A stretch of 64,000 bases of DNA, taken from positions 168,025 through 232,024 of the forward strand of contig CAVUMD010000002.1 in NCBI GenBank assembly GCA_963742525.1, given 5' to 3'. Below the pieces are notes generated by a model. It was not told the DNA's origin, did not search any database, and saw only the letters and a program-made list of their open reading frames with translations. The first letter of the stretch is position 1. Each line of letters opens with the position of its first letter. This document shows positions 9,974 to 20,279 of the stretch, piece by piece. Made by a program: the position numbers and the translations under genes. Source of the stretch: an uncultured Actinomycetes bacterium. Its GTDB lineage: Bacteria; Actinomycetota; Thermoleophilia; Gaiellales; Gaiellaceae.

Positions 9974-12201
9974 GCCTTGACCACCTCGACCTCGGCGTGG
10001 AGGTCGGCAGCGTGTTCGTCGGCAACGCGCGCGACGCCGTCGACGAGCGCGCGGTCGACGCGGGCTCTCAGCTCGACCGAGGTGCCGTTCGAGCGAATCG
10101 TGACGAGGTCTCCGGTCGAGATGCCGCGCCGGCCGGCGTCACCGCTCGAGAGCGCGACCTCCTCGTCGGGGCGCTGGAACTGGAGCTCTGCGACCCGCTC
10201 AACCTGGTGCCCCGAGAAGAGCGGCGTGTACCGAAGCAGGCGGAGCGTGCCGACGAAATGGCCGTCCCCGCGCTGGGCGATGTCGGCCGCGACCGCGCGG
10301 GAGGGCTCGGGCGCCACGTACGCTGCACGCGCCGGGAGCGCGGCGTGCTCGCCGAGCTGCTCGAGCCGCAGCCCGCCGTACACCCGCTCCGAGAGCTCCT
10401 CGAAGACGACCGCAGCGTGGGGCGAGAGCTGGACGTCGAAGCGGGCTGCGAGCTTCGAGAGCCACGCGAGCTCGTCGGGCACGGGCGGGATCACGGCGCG
10501 CCGGAGCCGCTGCAGGCGCCCCTCGAGGTTCATCGAGGTTCCCTCGCGCTCGAGCGAGGCGGTCGCGGGGAGGACGAGGTCGGCCCAGCCGACCGCGAGG
10601 GAGTGGAACATCGTGATCGCGATCACGGCGTCGGCCTGCTCCGCGAGCGCCCGGACGTCCGGCGATCCGGCGGCCTCGTCGCCGGACACGACGAGCAGTG
10701 TGATCGGCTCGGGATCCGACTCGTCGCCGTCCGCGGCGGCGGCCCATGCCTCCGAGACGCCGCGCGGATTCGGGGTCGCGGGAAGGTGGTACGCCGCGCA
10801 CCCGGGCTTGCCGTCGAAGCCGAGCTCGTGGGCCGCCTCGGCCAGCCGTGCGCCGCCGCCCCCACCCGGACCGGACCAGACGAGCACGGCGCGGTCCGAT
10901 GCGCGGAGCCGCTTGCCGAGCTCGTGTGTGGGGTCGACGAGCTCCCGCAGCGCATCGGCCGCGCCGCCGACCGGCGCAGGCACCGATCCGCGCGCGCCGA
11001 CCGTCACGATCTCGGCGCCTGCGCGACGCGCCTGCCGCAGCCAGAGGTCGACCATGGGTGCGCGATCGACGACGTCGTCGTCCCCCACGATGACGACGAG
11101 CTCGGCACCTCCGATCGTCGAGAGCGGCGTCCGGAAGGCGTCGAGCGCGGCTGAGGTCGACTCGTCGAGCACGGCGGAGTGCGCGCCGAGGCCGCGCCGC
11201 AGCAGCACGCCGAGGCCGTATGCGATTTCGTTCGTCTCCGAGCCGGAGAGCGCCGTCACGATCGTTCCCCGTGCGCCGCGGAGCAGCTCCTCGGCGCGGT
11301 CGAGCGCGGCGTCCCACGAGACGGGCTCGAGCCCGAGCGCACCACGCTGCAACGGCTCCCGCACGCGGTCCTCGGCCCGGAGGTGGGGGTAGGTGAAGCG
11401 GCCCTTGTCGCAGAGCCAGCCGCCGTCGATCTCGGGGTGGTTGCGCGACTGGACGCGCTTGACGGCGCCCTCGCGCGTCGTCGCCCGGATGTTGCAGCCG
11501 GCGGGGCAGAGGCCGCACACGGTCGGCACGTCCTGGATCTCCCAGGGCCGAGCCTCGAAGCGGTACTGCGTCGAGGTCAGCGCGCCGACCGGGCACAGCT
11601 CGATCACGTTGCCGGAGAACGGCGCGCGGTAGGGATCCTCGCCGAACGTCGCGATCTCGGAGTACGCACCGCGGTTTCGCGCGATCAGCTGGTCGTCCTC
11701 GGCGACGTCGCTCGAGAACCGCGTGCAGCGGTAGCAGAGGATGCAGCGCTCGCGGTCGAGGGCGATCAGCGGTGAGACCGGGATCGGCTTGTCGAACGTC
11801 ATCTTGGGGAAGGTCATGCGGGTCGAGCCAGGCCCGTAGCGGAACGTCAGGTCCTGCAGCGGGCACTCGCCGCCCTTGTCGCAGACGGGGCAGTCGAGCG
11901 GATGGTTGACGAGGATGAACTCGAGCGTTCCGTGCTGGCCCTCCGCCGCCCGCTTCGACGTCGCGGCGGTGCGGACGACCATGCCGTCCTGTGCGGTGAG
12001 CGTGCAGCCGGCCTGGAGCTTCGGGAGCCCCTCGACCTCGACGAGGCACATCCGGCACGCGCCGACCGGCGGGCCGAGCCGTGGCTCGTAGCAGAAGACG
12101 GGGATCTCGATCCCGGCCGCCTCAGCCGTCTCCACGAGCCCGGTGCCCTTCGCGACCTCGATCTCGCGGTCGTCGACCGTGAGCTTGACGGTTTCACTCA
12201 C
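9970..12201 (-). CDS. nuoG: NADH-quinone oxidoreductase subunit G (75-kDa Fe-S subunit)
   Basis: ORF 9970..13353 trimmed to GTG 12201 (VSETVKLTVDDREIEVAKGTGLVETAEAAGIEIPVFCYEPRLGPPVGACRMCLVEV...). The 2Fe-2S, 4Fe-4S and molybdopterin-like domains are present. GTGA overlap with the nuoF stop, checked by hand. Confidence 0.9.
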   Translation of the reverse strand: MSETVKLTVDDREIEVAKGTGLVETAEAAGIEIPVFCYEPRLGPPVGACRMCLVEVEGLPKLQAGCTLTAQDGMVVRTAATSKRAAEGQHGTLEFILVNHPLDCPVCDKGGECPLQDLTFRYGPGSTRMTFPKMTFDKPIPVSPLIALDRERCILCYRCTRFSSDVAEDDQLIARNRGAYSEIATFGEDPYRAPFSGNVIELCPVGALTSTQYRFEARPWEIQDVPTVCGLCPAGCNIRATTREGAVKRVQSRNHPEIDGGWLCDKGRFTYPHLRAEDRVREPLQRGALGLEPVSWDAALDRAEELLRGARGTIVTALSGSETNEIAYGLGVLLRRGLGAHSAVLDESTSAALDAFRTPLSTIGGAELVVIVGDDDVVDRAPMVDLWLRQARRAGAEIVTVGARGSVPAPVGGAADALRELVDPTHELGKRLRASDRAVLVWSGPGGGGGARLAEAAHELGFDGKPGCAAYHLPATPNPRGVSEAWAAAADGDESDPEPITLLVVSGDEAAGSPDVRALAEQADAVIAITMFHSLAVGWADLVLPATASLEREGTSMNLEGRLQRLRRAVIPPVPDELAWLSKLAARFDVQLSPHAAVVFEELSERVYGGLRLEQLGEHAALPARAAYVAPEPSRAVAADIAQRGDGHFVGTLRLLRYTPLFSGHQVERVAELQFQRPDEEVALSSGDAGRRGISTGDLVTIRSNGTSVELRARVDRALVDGVARVADEHAADLHAEVEVVKA

Positions 12202-13547
12202 GCGACCACCTCGAGCGGCCGGTGGATCTCGTGCGGGCCGACGTGCGCCTCGTGGACGTCCGTCGGCGCGACGATGCCGTCGAGCGACGAGGCGCCGTGG
12301 AACGGGCAGCCGCCCTCCTCGATGTGCTGGAGGAACTCCTCGCGGAACTTCGCGACGTAGCTGGCCACGGCGATCGCGTCGGAGTCCCCGAGCGGGCAGA
12401 GGCAGGTGCCGTTGATCCGGTCGCCGACGTCGAGCAGCAGGTCGAGGTCGGCGTGCGTGCCGCGACCCGACTCGATCCTCTGGAGGATGTGGGTGAGCCA
12501 GCGGGTCCCGACGCGGCACGGCGTGCACTTGCCACACGACTCGTGCTCGTAGAACTGCGAGACGCGGACGCCGAGCTGCACCATGCAACACCGGTCGTCG
12601 AGGACGATGACCGCCGCCGACCCGATCGCGCTCCCGGCCTGCGACAGCGAGTCGAAGTCGAGCGTGACCTTCTCGGCCTCGGCCGCGGTCAGGATCGGCG
12701 TCGACGATCCACCCGGGATCACGGCCTTGAGCGCTCGGCCGTCGGCGATCCCGCCTCCGACCTCGTGGATCAGGTCGTGGAGGGGGTAGCCGTGGGGCAG
12801 TTCGTAGTTGCCCGGTCGCGCGACGTTGCCGGAGAGGGAGAAGACCCGCGTGCCGGTCGAGCTCTCGACACCGAGCTTCGCGTACTCCGCGCCGCCCATC
12901 TCGATGATCGGCGTCACGGTCGTGATCGACTCGACGTTGTTGACGGCGGTCGGCGAGGCGTAGAGGCCCGCGATCGCGGGGAACGGCGGCTTCGTCCGCG
13001 GCTGGCCACGGTAGCCCTCGAGGGACTCGAGCAGCGCGGTCTCCTCCCCGCAGATGTAGGCGCCGGCGCCCCGGTGGAGGACGATCGTCACGCCGCCGAG
13101 GAGCTTCGCCTCGCGCAGCTGGTCGAGCGCCGAGACGAGGATCTCCCACTCGTGCTCGTACTCGCCGCGGATGTAGACGAACACGTGCTGGGACTCGATT
13201 CCGCGCGCGGCGATCAGGCAGCCCTCGAGGAAGCGGAACGGGACGCGGAGCATGATCTCGCGGTCCTTGAACGTGCCGGGCTCCGACTCGTCCGCGTTGA
13301 CGACGAGGTAATGGGGCCTCGGGTTCTGGTCGGGCTTCGGGACGAAGCTCCACTTGCGGCCCGTCGGGAAGAATGCGCCGCCGCGGCCGCGCAGGCTCGA
13401 CGCGTCGAGCTCGGCGATGATCTGCTCCGGCGTCATCTCCTGCGCGCGGCGGAGGGCAGTCAGGCCGCCGACCGCCTCGTACGCCGCGAGGTCGGTGATG
13501 GCGCCGCCGTCGGTGCCGGCGAAGACGACCTCGGGCGCCGCGCTCAC
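12198..13547 (-). CDS. nuoF: NADH-quinone oxidoreductase subunit F (NADH/FMN-binding)
   Basis: ORF 12198..13760 trimmed to GTG 13547 (VSAAPEVVF...). Contains GRGGAFFPTGRKW, the FMN/NADH motif GAGAYICGEETALLESLEG and the 4Fe-4S cysteines ESCGKCTPCR. Confidence 0.9.
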   Translation of the reverse strand: MSAAPEVVFAGTDGGAITDLAAYEAVGGLTALRRAQEMTPEQIIAELDASSLRGRGGAFFPTGRKWSFVPKPDQNPRPHYLVVNADESEPGTFKDREIMLRVPFRFLEGCLIAARGIESQHVFVYIRGEYEHEWEILVSALDQLREAKLLGGVTIVLHRGAGAYICGEETALLESLEGYRGQPRTKPPFPAIAGLYASPTAVNNVESITTVTPIIEMGGAEYAKLGVESSTGTRVFSLSGNVARPGNYELPHGYPLHDLIHEVGGGIADGRALKAVIPGGSSTPILTAAEAEKVTLDFDSLSQAGSAIGSAAVIVLDDRCCMVQLGVRVSQFYEHESCGKCTPCRVGTRWLTHILQRIESGRGTHADLDLLLDVGDRINGTCLCPLGDSDAIAVASYVAKFREEFLQHIEEGGCPFHGASSLDGIVAPTDVHEAHVGPHEIHRPLEVVA

Positions 13548-14011
13548 TCGCCGAGCTCCTTCACGATGCGAGGCACGTCGGCAGTGCGCACGTGCAGGTG
13601 ATGTCGGTTGTCCACGGCGACGACGGTCGCCCAGCCGCAGCCGCCGAGGCACTCCACGGCGCGGAGCGTGACGTTTCCGTCCTTGCTCGTCTCGCCGACT
13701 CCGATCCCGAGCTCGCGCTCGAGCGCCTCCAGCACCTGCTGCGCGCCGGAGACGGCGCACGAGACGTTGGTGCAGACCTCGACCGAGTGCCGGCCGACGG
13801 GATCGGTGTGGAACATGTCGTAGAACGAGGCGATCGAGAGGCAGTAGGCGGGCGTGAGACCGAGCGCGTCCGCGACCTCCCGCAGCGCCACCTCGGGCAA
13901 CCAGCCGTCGTGGCGCTCCTGCGCGAGCTGCAGCGCCGGCAGCACCGCAGACCGGGGGTCCGGATACCGCGCGCGCATCTCCTGCACGTCGTCGTAGAAC
14001 GTCTGGCTCAC
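13544..14011 (-). CDS. nuoE: NADH-quinone oxidoreductase subunit E (2Fe-2S)
   Basis: ORF 13544..14182 trimmed to GTG 14011 (VSQTFYDDVQEMRARYPDPRSAVLPALQLAQ...). Cysteines at CTNVSC...CLGGC. GTGA overlap with the nuoD stop. Confidence 0.88.
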   Translation of the reverse strand: MSQTFYDDVQEMRARYPDPRSAVLPALQLAQERHDGWLPEVALREVADALGLTPAYCLSIASFYDMFHTDPVGRHSVEVCTNVSCAVSGAQQVLEALERELGIGVGETSKDGNVTLRAVECLGGCGWATVVAVDNRHHLHVRTADVPRIVKELGE

Positions 14012-15276
14012 CGGTCGACGTCTCCCATCACGGGGTCGAGCGACGCGGCGACGGCGATCAGGTCGGCGATCGCGGTGCCGCGGACGCAGGTGGCCGTGGC
14101 CTGAAGGGCGGCGAAGCTCGGCGCCCGGAACTTCACCCGCCACGGCTTCGGGCCGCCGTCCGAGACGAGGTAGCAGCCGCACTCACCGCGCGCCGACTCG
14201 ACGGCGACGTACACCTGTCCCTCGGGGACGCGGTAGCCCTCGGTGACGATCTTGAAGTGGTGGATGAGCGATTCCATCGAGGTGTGGAGCTCCTCGCGCG
14301 GCGGCAGCACGACCTTGCGGTCGTCTGCGATCCACGGCTGCCCGCGCAGCTCCTCGAGCCGCGTCACGCACTGGGAGACGATGCGCGCCGACGCGCGCAT
14401 CTCGTCCATGTGCACCTTGTAGCGGTCGTACACGTCCCCGTTCGGATACACGGGGACGTCGAAGTCGACCTCGTCGTAGGCGAGGTACGGCTCCGCCTTG
14501 CGGAGGTCCCAGTCCACGCCGGACCCGCGCAGCATCGGGCCCGACTGGCCGAGCGCGAGCGCGTCCGCGGCGGAGAGGAGGCCGATTCCCTTGGTGCGCT
14601 CCAGCCAGATCTTGTTGCGGTCGAGCAGCGCCTCGTAGTCGTTCACTGCCCGCGGCATGTGGCGCGCGAAGTCCCGCGCCTGCTCGTAGAAGCCTTCGGG
14701 GATGTCCTCGGCGAGCCCGCCGACCTGGAAGTAGCGGGTGTGCATGCGGACGCCGCCGACCATCTCGAACAGGTCGAGCACCATGTCCCGCTCGCGGAAC
14801 GCGTACCAGAACATCGAGATCGCGCCGATCTCGAGCGCGGACGTGCCGAGCCAGACGAGGTGCGAGTGGATCCGGTTGAGCTCGGAGAGGCACATCCGCA
14901 TCCAGGTCGCCTTCTCGGGCGTCTCCAGGCCGAGCAGCTTCTCGATCGCGAGCACGAAGACCAGCTCGTTCGCCTGGAAGGAGAGGTAGTCGATCCGCTC
15001 GGGATACGTGATGCCCTTCCAGTACGTCTTGTGCTCCATCGTCTTCTCGAAGCCGGTGTGGAGGTAGCCGATCACCGCCTCGATCCCGGCGACGTGCTCG
15101 CCGTCGAGCTGCACGATCAGGCGGAGGACGCCGTGCGTCGAAGGGTGGTTCGGCCCGAAGTTGACGGTGAGGATGTCCTCGAGGTCGTGCTCGGCGGGAT
15201 CGACGTCGAGGATCGTCGGGCACCGCTCGGGGATCCGCGTCCCCTCGTAGATGCGCGTCGTCGGGACGACCGCCAT
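14008..15276 (-). CDS. nuoD: NADH-quinone oxidoreductase subunit D
   Basis: ORF 14008..15729 trimmed to ATG 15276 ([12 protein letters not shown]...). Contains NFGPNHPSTHGVLRL and IGYLHTGFEKT, typical of NuoD/49-kDa subunits. Confidence 0.92.
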   Translation of the reverse strand: MAVVPTTRIYEGTRIPERCPTILDVDPAEHDLEDILTVNFGPNHPSTHGVLRLIVQLDGEHVAGIEAVIGYLHTGFEKTMEHKTYWKGITYPERIDYLSFQANELVFVLAIEKLLGLETPEKATWMRMCLSELNRIHSHLVWLGTSALEIGAISMFWYAFRERDMVLDLFEMVGGVRMHTRYFQVGGLAEDIPEGFYEQARDFARHMPRAVNDYEALLDRNKIWLERTKGIGLLSAADALALGQSGPMLRGSGVDWDLRKAEPYLAYDEVDFDVPVYPNGDVYDRYKVHMDEMRASARIVSQCVTRLEELRGQPWIADDRKVVLPPREELHTSMESLIHHFKIVTEGYRVPEGQVYVAVESARGECGCYLVSDGGPKPWRVKFRAPSFAALQATATCVRGTAIADLIAVAASLDPVMGDVDR

Positions 15277-15821
15277 CAGGCCTCCCCCGAGAAGCGGACG
15301 GGCTCGCCGCCCACCGGGTAGTCCTTGCGCAGCGGATGCCCCTCCCAGTCCTCCGGCATCAGGATCCGGACGAGGTACGGATGCCCGCGGAAGACGATCC
15401 CGAAGAGGTCGTAGGCCTCGCGCTCGTACCAGTCGGCGGCGGGCCAGACTCCGATCACGGAGTCGATCTCCTCGCCGTCGTCGAGTCGGGCCTCGACGCG
15501 AAGGCGCCCGGAATCGTCGGAGACGCGCAGCAGGTGGTACACGACGGCGAAGCGCGTCTCCTTCTCCCCCGGAGTGCGCTCGAACCCCTGCGAGCCCGGC
15601 GCGTGGATGTCGCGGCCGCCGGTCGTGCCGATGTAGCCCGCGACCTGCTTCGCGCCCCAGCCGAGGTAGTCGACCCCCGAGAGGTCGACGAGGACGTTGT
15701 AGCCCTCCGCATCGCGGAGGTGCGTGCACGCCTCGACGACCCGGGCGGGATCGACCACAAGGGTCGTCTCGCCGTGCGCCTCGACCGTCTCGACGACGCC
15801 GGGGACGCCGGCCGGGCTCAC
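15276..15821 (-). CDS. nuoC: NADH-quinone oxidoreductase subunit C
   Basis: ORF 15276..16253 trimmed to GTG 15821 ([24 protein letters not shown]...). About 181 aa of the 30-kDa subunit family. GTGA overlap with the nuoB stop. Confidence 0.87.
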   Translation of the reverse strand: MSPAGVPGVVETVEAHGETTLVVDPARVVEACTHLRDAEGYNVLVDLSGVDYLGWGAKQVAGYIGTTGGRDIHAPGSQGFERTPGEKETRFAVVYHLLRVSDDSGRLRVEARLDDGEEIDSVIGVWPAADWYEREAYDLFGIVFRGHPYLVRILMPEDWEGHPLRKDYPVGGEPVRFSGEA

Positions 15822-16393
15822 TCGGCCACTCCGCGGATCTCGTAGGCGGGCGGCACGCCGGCGCGGATCTTCTCGTGCAGGCGCACGATCCCCTCCATGA
15901 GCGCCTCGGGGCGCGGCGGGCAGCCGGGTACGTGGATGTCGACCGGGAAGATCTTGTCGACGCCCTGGAGGACGGTGTAGTTGTTGAACATCCCGCCCGA
16001 CGACGCGCAGGCGCCCATCGCGATCACCCACTTGGGCTCGAGCATCTGGTCGTAGACCTGGCGAGCCGGGGCGGCCATCTTGTGGGTCATCCGGCCCGAG
16101 ATGATGAGGAGGTCGGCCTGGCGCGGCGACGAGCTGAAGCGCTCCATCCCGAAGCGCGCGATGTCGTAGCGCGACGAGACGATCGACATCATCTCGATCG
16201 CGCAGCAGGCGAGCCCGAACGTGTCCGGCCACATCGAGCCCGACTGCGCCCACGCGATCGCCTTCTCAACCGTCGTCGTCATGAGCGCGTCCTCGATCGA
16301 CTCGAGCTCCTGCTCGAAGACGCCGGGGCCGCGCTCCGGCCACAGGATCCGCTCAGACTTGAGCCCCGCCTTCGCGGCCGGCCGGTCGGACAC
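15818..16393 (-). CDS. nuoB: NADH-quinone oxidoreductase subunit B
   Basis: ORF 15818..16819 trimmed. Conserved core is [11 protein letters not shown]...[13 protein letters not shown]...[11 protein letters not shown]. Start placed at GTG 16393, 17 nt after the nuoA stop. ATG 16282 is an alternative. Confidence 0.82.
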   Translation of the reverse strand: MSDRPAAKAGLKSERILWPERGPGVFEQELESIEDALMTTTVEKAIAWAQSGSMWPDTFGLACCAIEMMSIVSSRYDIARFGMERFSSSPRQADLLIISGRMTHKMAAPARQVYDQMLEPKWVIAMGACASSGGMFNNYTVLQGVDKIFPVDIHVPGCPPRPEALMEGIVRLHEKIRAGVPPAYEIRGVAE

Positions 16394-16410
16394 GAGCGGC
16401 AGCCGGCGGC

Positions 16411-16776
16411 CTAGTGCCACTCGAGCGCTCCCTTGCGCCAGATGTAGACGTAGGCGACGGCAAGGATGGCGACGAAGACGAGGAACTCCGCGAGGCCGAA
16501 CCAGCCGAGCAGGTCGAGCTGTACGGCCAGCGGATACAGGAACACGATCTCGATGTCGAACAGGATGAACAGCATCGCAGTGAGGTAGAAGCTCACGGTG
16601 AAGCGGCGCTGCTGCCCCGGCGCCTCCTGCGAGACACCCGACTCGAACGGGAGCATGCGCTGCTTCGTGCGCGAGCTCGGCCGCGTCGAAAAGACGAACG
16701 AGCCCATGATCATCGTCGCGGGGATCACCGCGGCCAGGAGGGCGTAGATGAGAAACGGAAGCCAGTCGGACAGCAC
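16411..16776 (-). CDS. nuoA: NADH-quinone oxidoreductase subunit A
   Basis: 121 aa with 3 TM segments. First gene of the operon. Confidence 0.9.
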   Translation of the reverse strand: MLSDWLPFLIYALLAAVIPATMIMGSFVFSTRPSSRTKQRMLPFESGVSQEAPGQQRRFTVSFYLTAMLFILFDIEIVFLYPLAVQLDLLGWFGLAEFLVFVAILAVAYVYIWRKGALEWH

Positions 16777-16927
16777 GTTTTCCTCGATCCCTGCCGGGGT
16801 CGCCAGCGAAACCTACCACTCGGCCTCTCGCTCACGAAATCGAACGAGAACCCGCTTCAGACGGTCGATTCCGGTGTCACAAAGTCGGGGGCTCGCGCCC
16901 TCCGGCCGCTCGGGTACCATCAGGACT

Positions 16928-17347
16928 ATGGAGATCGCCGAGCGCCCCACCGAGACGCTGATCGACCTGACGCCGCTCGCCGCGGAGAAGGTCAAGGAGC
17001 TGATGGCGGCCGAGCCGGACGCCGAGAGCCTCGTCCTGCGCGTCGCGATCCAGGGTGGGGGCTGCTCCGGCTTCCAGTACGGGCTCGGGTTCGACTCGGG
17101 CGTCGCCGAGGGTGACCACGAGCTGACGCTCGAAGGCGTGCGCGTCGTCGTCGACCCGTTCAGCGCCCCGTATCTCCAGGGTGCGAAGATCGACTACCTG
17201 AACGGCCTCCAGGAGTCCGGGTTCAAGATCGACAACCCGAATGCGGTCTCCTCCTGCGGCTGCGGCCATTCGTTCCAGGTCGAGGAGGGCGAGGAGCTCC
17301 CCGAGGGAACGGAGCTGGGCGGCTGCGGCAGCGGCTGCTCTCACTAG
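16928..17347 (+). CDS. A-type Fe-S cluster carrier (HesB/IscA/ErpA family) with Cys-rich C-terminal tail
   Basis: ORF 16748..17347 trimmed to ATG 16928 (MEIAERPTETLIDLTPLAAEKVKEL...). Contains GGGCSGFQY and the C-terminal CGCGHSF motif, followed by an extra tail VEEGEELPEGTELGGCGSGCSH. Confidence 0.85.
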   Translation: MEIAERPTETLIDLTPLAAEKVKELMAAEPDAESLVLRVAIQGGGCSGFQYGLGFDSGVAEGDHELTLEGVRVVVDPFSAPYLQGAKIDYLNGLQESGFKIDNPNAVSSCGCGHSFQVEEGEELPEGTELGGCGSGCSH

Positions 17348-17488
17348 AGCTTGCTCGCGAAGTAGGAATCCGCGGACGCGAATTCCTGCCGCTTGATCCC
17401 TCGCCGTCGGCGAGGGCACATCCCTGAAGGCCCCCGCTTCGCGGTCGCAACTGCCTCGTAGCATCAGAGCGCCTCGTAGGATCGAACG

Positions 17489-18853
17489 ATGAGCGAACCT
17501 CTTCGCGTCGCCGTCGTCGGCGCCGGCCCGGCCGGCTTCTACGCCGCCGGCGCCCTGCTCGCGAGCGAGGATCCGCGCGTCGAGGTCGACCTGATCGACC
17601 GGCTGCCGACCCCCTGGGGGCTGGTGCGCCTCGGCGTCGCGCCGGACCATCCCAACATCAAGGCGGTCTCGCGCGCGTTCGAGAAGATCGCCGTCCACCC
17701 GGGGTTCCGGTTCCTCGGCAACGTCGAGGTCGGCCGGGACGTGACGCACGCCGAGCTCGCAGATCTCTACGGCGCCGTGGTGTACGCGTTCGGCGCGCAG
17801 ACCGACCGTCGGCTCGGGATACCGGGTGAGGATCTGCCGGGCTCCTGGCCGGCGACGGCGTTCGTCGCCTGGTACAACGGCCACCCCGATTTCCAGGACC
17901 TCGAGTTCGACCTCTCGCACGAGCGCGCGGTCGTGATCGGGAACGGCAACGTCGCGCTCGACGTCGCCCGGATGCTCGCTCTGACGCCGGATGAGCTCCA
18001 ACCGACCGACACGACGGACGAGGCGATTGCCGCGATCAACGCTGCGGGCGTCCGCGAGATCGTCGTGGTGGGCCGGCGCGGGCCGGTTCAGGCCGCCTGG
18101 ACGCCGGTCGAGGTGGGCGAGCTCGGTGAGCTCGCCGGCGCCGACATCCTCGTCGATCCGGCCGAGCTCGAGCTGGACCCGGCGAGCGAGTCCGAGCTCG
18201 AGGCGGCGCCGCCGACCGTCAAGCGGAACGTCGAGCACCTCCGCTCCTACGCCGCTCGCGCACCCGAGGGGAAGCCGCGCGCGATCCGGCTCCGGTTCCT
18301 CCGCTCACCGGTCGCGATCCTCGGCGAGGAGAGGGTGGAGGCGATCGAGCTCGTCCGCAACGAGCTCGTCGACGGCCGCGCGACGCCCACGCAGGACCGT
18401 GAGGTGATCGAGTGTGGGATCGTCTTCCGCAGCGTCGGGTACCGCGGCATTCCGCTGCAGGGTGTCCCGTTCGACGAGCGCTCGTGCACGGTTCCGAACG
18501 ACGGGGGCCGTGTGCGCGACGCGGACGGCGTGGTGGTGCCCGGGGCCTACTGCGCGGGCTGGATCAAGCGCGGCCCGACCGGAGTGATCGGCACGAACAA
18601 GAAGGACGCCACCGAGACCGTCGCGCTCCTGCTCGAGGACGCGCGCGGCGAGAGGCTCGGTAGCGGCGAGCCGGCGGCGGCGATGGACGCGCTCCTGGAG
18701 GAGCGAGGCGTCGCGGTCGTCACCCAGACGGGCTGGCAGGCGATCGATGCTGCCGAGCGCGCGGCAGGCGAGCCGCAGGGGCGGCCGCGGGTGAAGCTCG
18801 CGGAGTGGGACGCGCTGCTCGGGGCGGCCGGCCACGAGCCCGCCGCACGCTGA
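17489..18853 (+). CDS. fprA: FprA-like NADPH:ferredoxin (adrenodoxin-type) reductase
   Basis: 454 aa. N-terminal dinucleotide fold VAVVGAGPAGFYAA, a second fold VVIGNGNVALDVARML, and C-terminal YCAGWIKRGPTGVIGTNK. Confidence 0.82.
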   Translation: MSEPLRVAVVGAGPAGFYAAGALLASEDPRVEVDLIDRLPTPWGLVRLGVAPDHPNIKAVSRAFEKIAVHPGFRFLGNVEVGRDVTHAELADLYGAVVYAFGAQTDRRLGIPGEDLPGSWPATAFVAWYNGHPDFQDLEFDLSHERAVVIGNGNVALDVARMLALTPDELQPTDTTDEAIAAINAAGVREIVVVGRRGPVQAAWTPVEVGELGELAGADILVDPAELELDPASESELEAAPPTVKRNVEHLRSYAARAPEGKPRAIRLRFLRSPVAILGEERVEAIELVRNELVDGRATPTQDREVIECGIVFRSVGYRGIPLQGVPFDERSCTVPNDGGRVRDADGVVVPGAYCAGWIKRGPTGVIGTNKKDATETVALLLEDARGERLGSGEPAAAMDALLEERGVAVVTQTGWQAIDAAERAAGEPQGRPRVKLAEWDALLGAAGHEPAAR

Positions 18854-18909
18854 GGCAGCCGGCACGGTGTCCGACACTCTCGTTTTCGGCCCGCGGCTAG
18901 ACTTGTAGG

Positions 18910-20238
18910 GTGAGCGAGACGGCGGAGCGAGAGCAGCTCTGGGGTGGCGAGACCGCCAAGGCGGTCGACAACTTTCCCGTCTCCGGCGAGCCGATTCCCG
19001 TCGCCGTCGCGCACTGGCTCGGCCGGATCAAGGCGGCCGCCGCACGCGCCAACGCAGATCTCGGCCTGCTCGACCCCGACCTCGCACAGCGCATCGCAGC
19101 CGCGGGCGACCGCATCGCGGCCGGCGAGCTCGACGACCAGTTTCCGATCGACGTCTTCCAGACCGGCTCCGGAACGAGCTCGAACATGAACGCCAACGAG
19201 GTCATCGCGACGCTCGCCGGCGACGACGTCCACCCGAACGACCACGTCAACATGGGCCAGTCGTCGAACGACGTGTTCCCCTCCGCGGTGCACCTCGCGG
19301 CGCTCGACCGGGTGGTCAACGACCTCCTTCCGGCGCTCGAGCAGCTCGCCCATGCGCTCGAGGGCAAGGCAAAGGAGTTCGACGGCATCGTCAAGTCGGG
19401 CCGCACGCACCTGATGGACGCCGTGCCCGTGACCCTCGGCCAGGAGTTCGCCGGGTACGCTGCGCAGGTCCGACAGGGCATCGCGCGCGTCGGGGACGTC
19501 CTCCCGCGACTCGGCCAGATCCCGCTCGGCGGCACCGCGACCGGAACGGGCCTGAACACGCATCCGGAGTTCGCCGCCAAGGTGCGCGCGCTGCTCCACG
19601 CCGACACCGGCCTTCCGGTCTCGCCTCCGGCCGATGCATTCGAATCGCAGGCCGCCCGCGACGGCCTCGTCGAGGCGTCCGGCGCGCTCAAGGTCGTCGC
19701 CGTGTCGCTGACGAAGATCGCCAACGATCTGCGGCTGATGGGCTCCGGCCCGCGCGCCGGCCTCTCCGAGCTCTTCCTCCCTGAGCTCCAGAAGGGGTCG
19801 TCGATCATGCCCGGGAAGGTCAACCCGGTGATCCCCGAGGTCGTGACCCAGGTCGCGGCCCAGGTGATCGGCAACGACACGGCGATCACGATCGGCGGCA
19901 TGAACGGCCACTTCGAGCTGAACGTCTACGTGCCGCTCATCGCCCGAAACCTGCTCCAGTCGATCGGCCTCCTCGCGAGCGCCTCGCGTCTCCTCGCCGC
20001 CAAGTGCGTGAGCGGGATCGAGGCAAACCGCGAACGGAACGAGCAGTACGCGGAAGGCACGCTGAGCGCGGCAACGGCACTGAATCCGTTCATCGGCTAC
20101 GACAAGGCGTCGGAGATCGTCAAGGAAGCCGCGTCGTCGGGCCGGTCGCTGCGCGAGGTCGCGCGCGAGGCAGGCGTGGAGGAGAGCGTCCTCGACGAGG
20201 CGCTCGACTACCACGCGATGGCCAAGCCGCACGGCTGA
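18910..20238 (+). CDS. fumC: class II fumarate hydratase (fumarase/aspartase superfamily)
   Basis: 442 aa with a GTG start. Signature GSSIMPGKVNPVIPEVVTQVAAQVIGND and GSGTSSNMNANEV, closest in pattern to actinobacterial FumC. The N-terminus is slightly short; an in-frame stop lies 12 nt upstream. Confidence 0.85.
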   Translation: MSETAEREQLWGGETAKAVDNFPVSGEPIPVAVAHWLGRIKAAAARANADLGLLDPDLAQRIAAAGDRIAAGELDDQFPIDVFQTGSGTSSNMNANEVIATLAGDDVHPNDHVNMGQSSNDVFPSAVHLAALDRVVNDLLPALEQLAHALEGKAKEFDGIVKSGRTHLMDAVPVTLGQEFAGYAAQVRQGIARVGDVLPRLGQIPLGGTATGTGLNTHPEFAAKVRALLHADTGLPVSPPADAFESQAARDGLVEASGALKVVAVSLTKIANDLRLMGSGPRAGLSELFLPELQKGSSIMPGKVNPVIPEVVTQVAAQVIGNDTAITIGGMNGHFELNVYVPLIARNLLQSIGLLASASRLLAAKCVSGIEANRERNEQYAEGTLSAATALNPFIGYDKASEIVKEAASSGRSLREVAREAGVEESVLDEALDYHAMAKPHG

Positions 20239-20279
20239 GCCGCCCGCCCGTTCGGCGAGGGACTCAGCGCCAGCGACCG

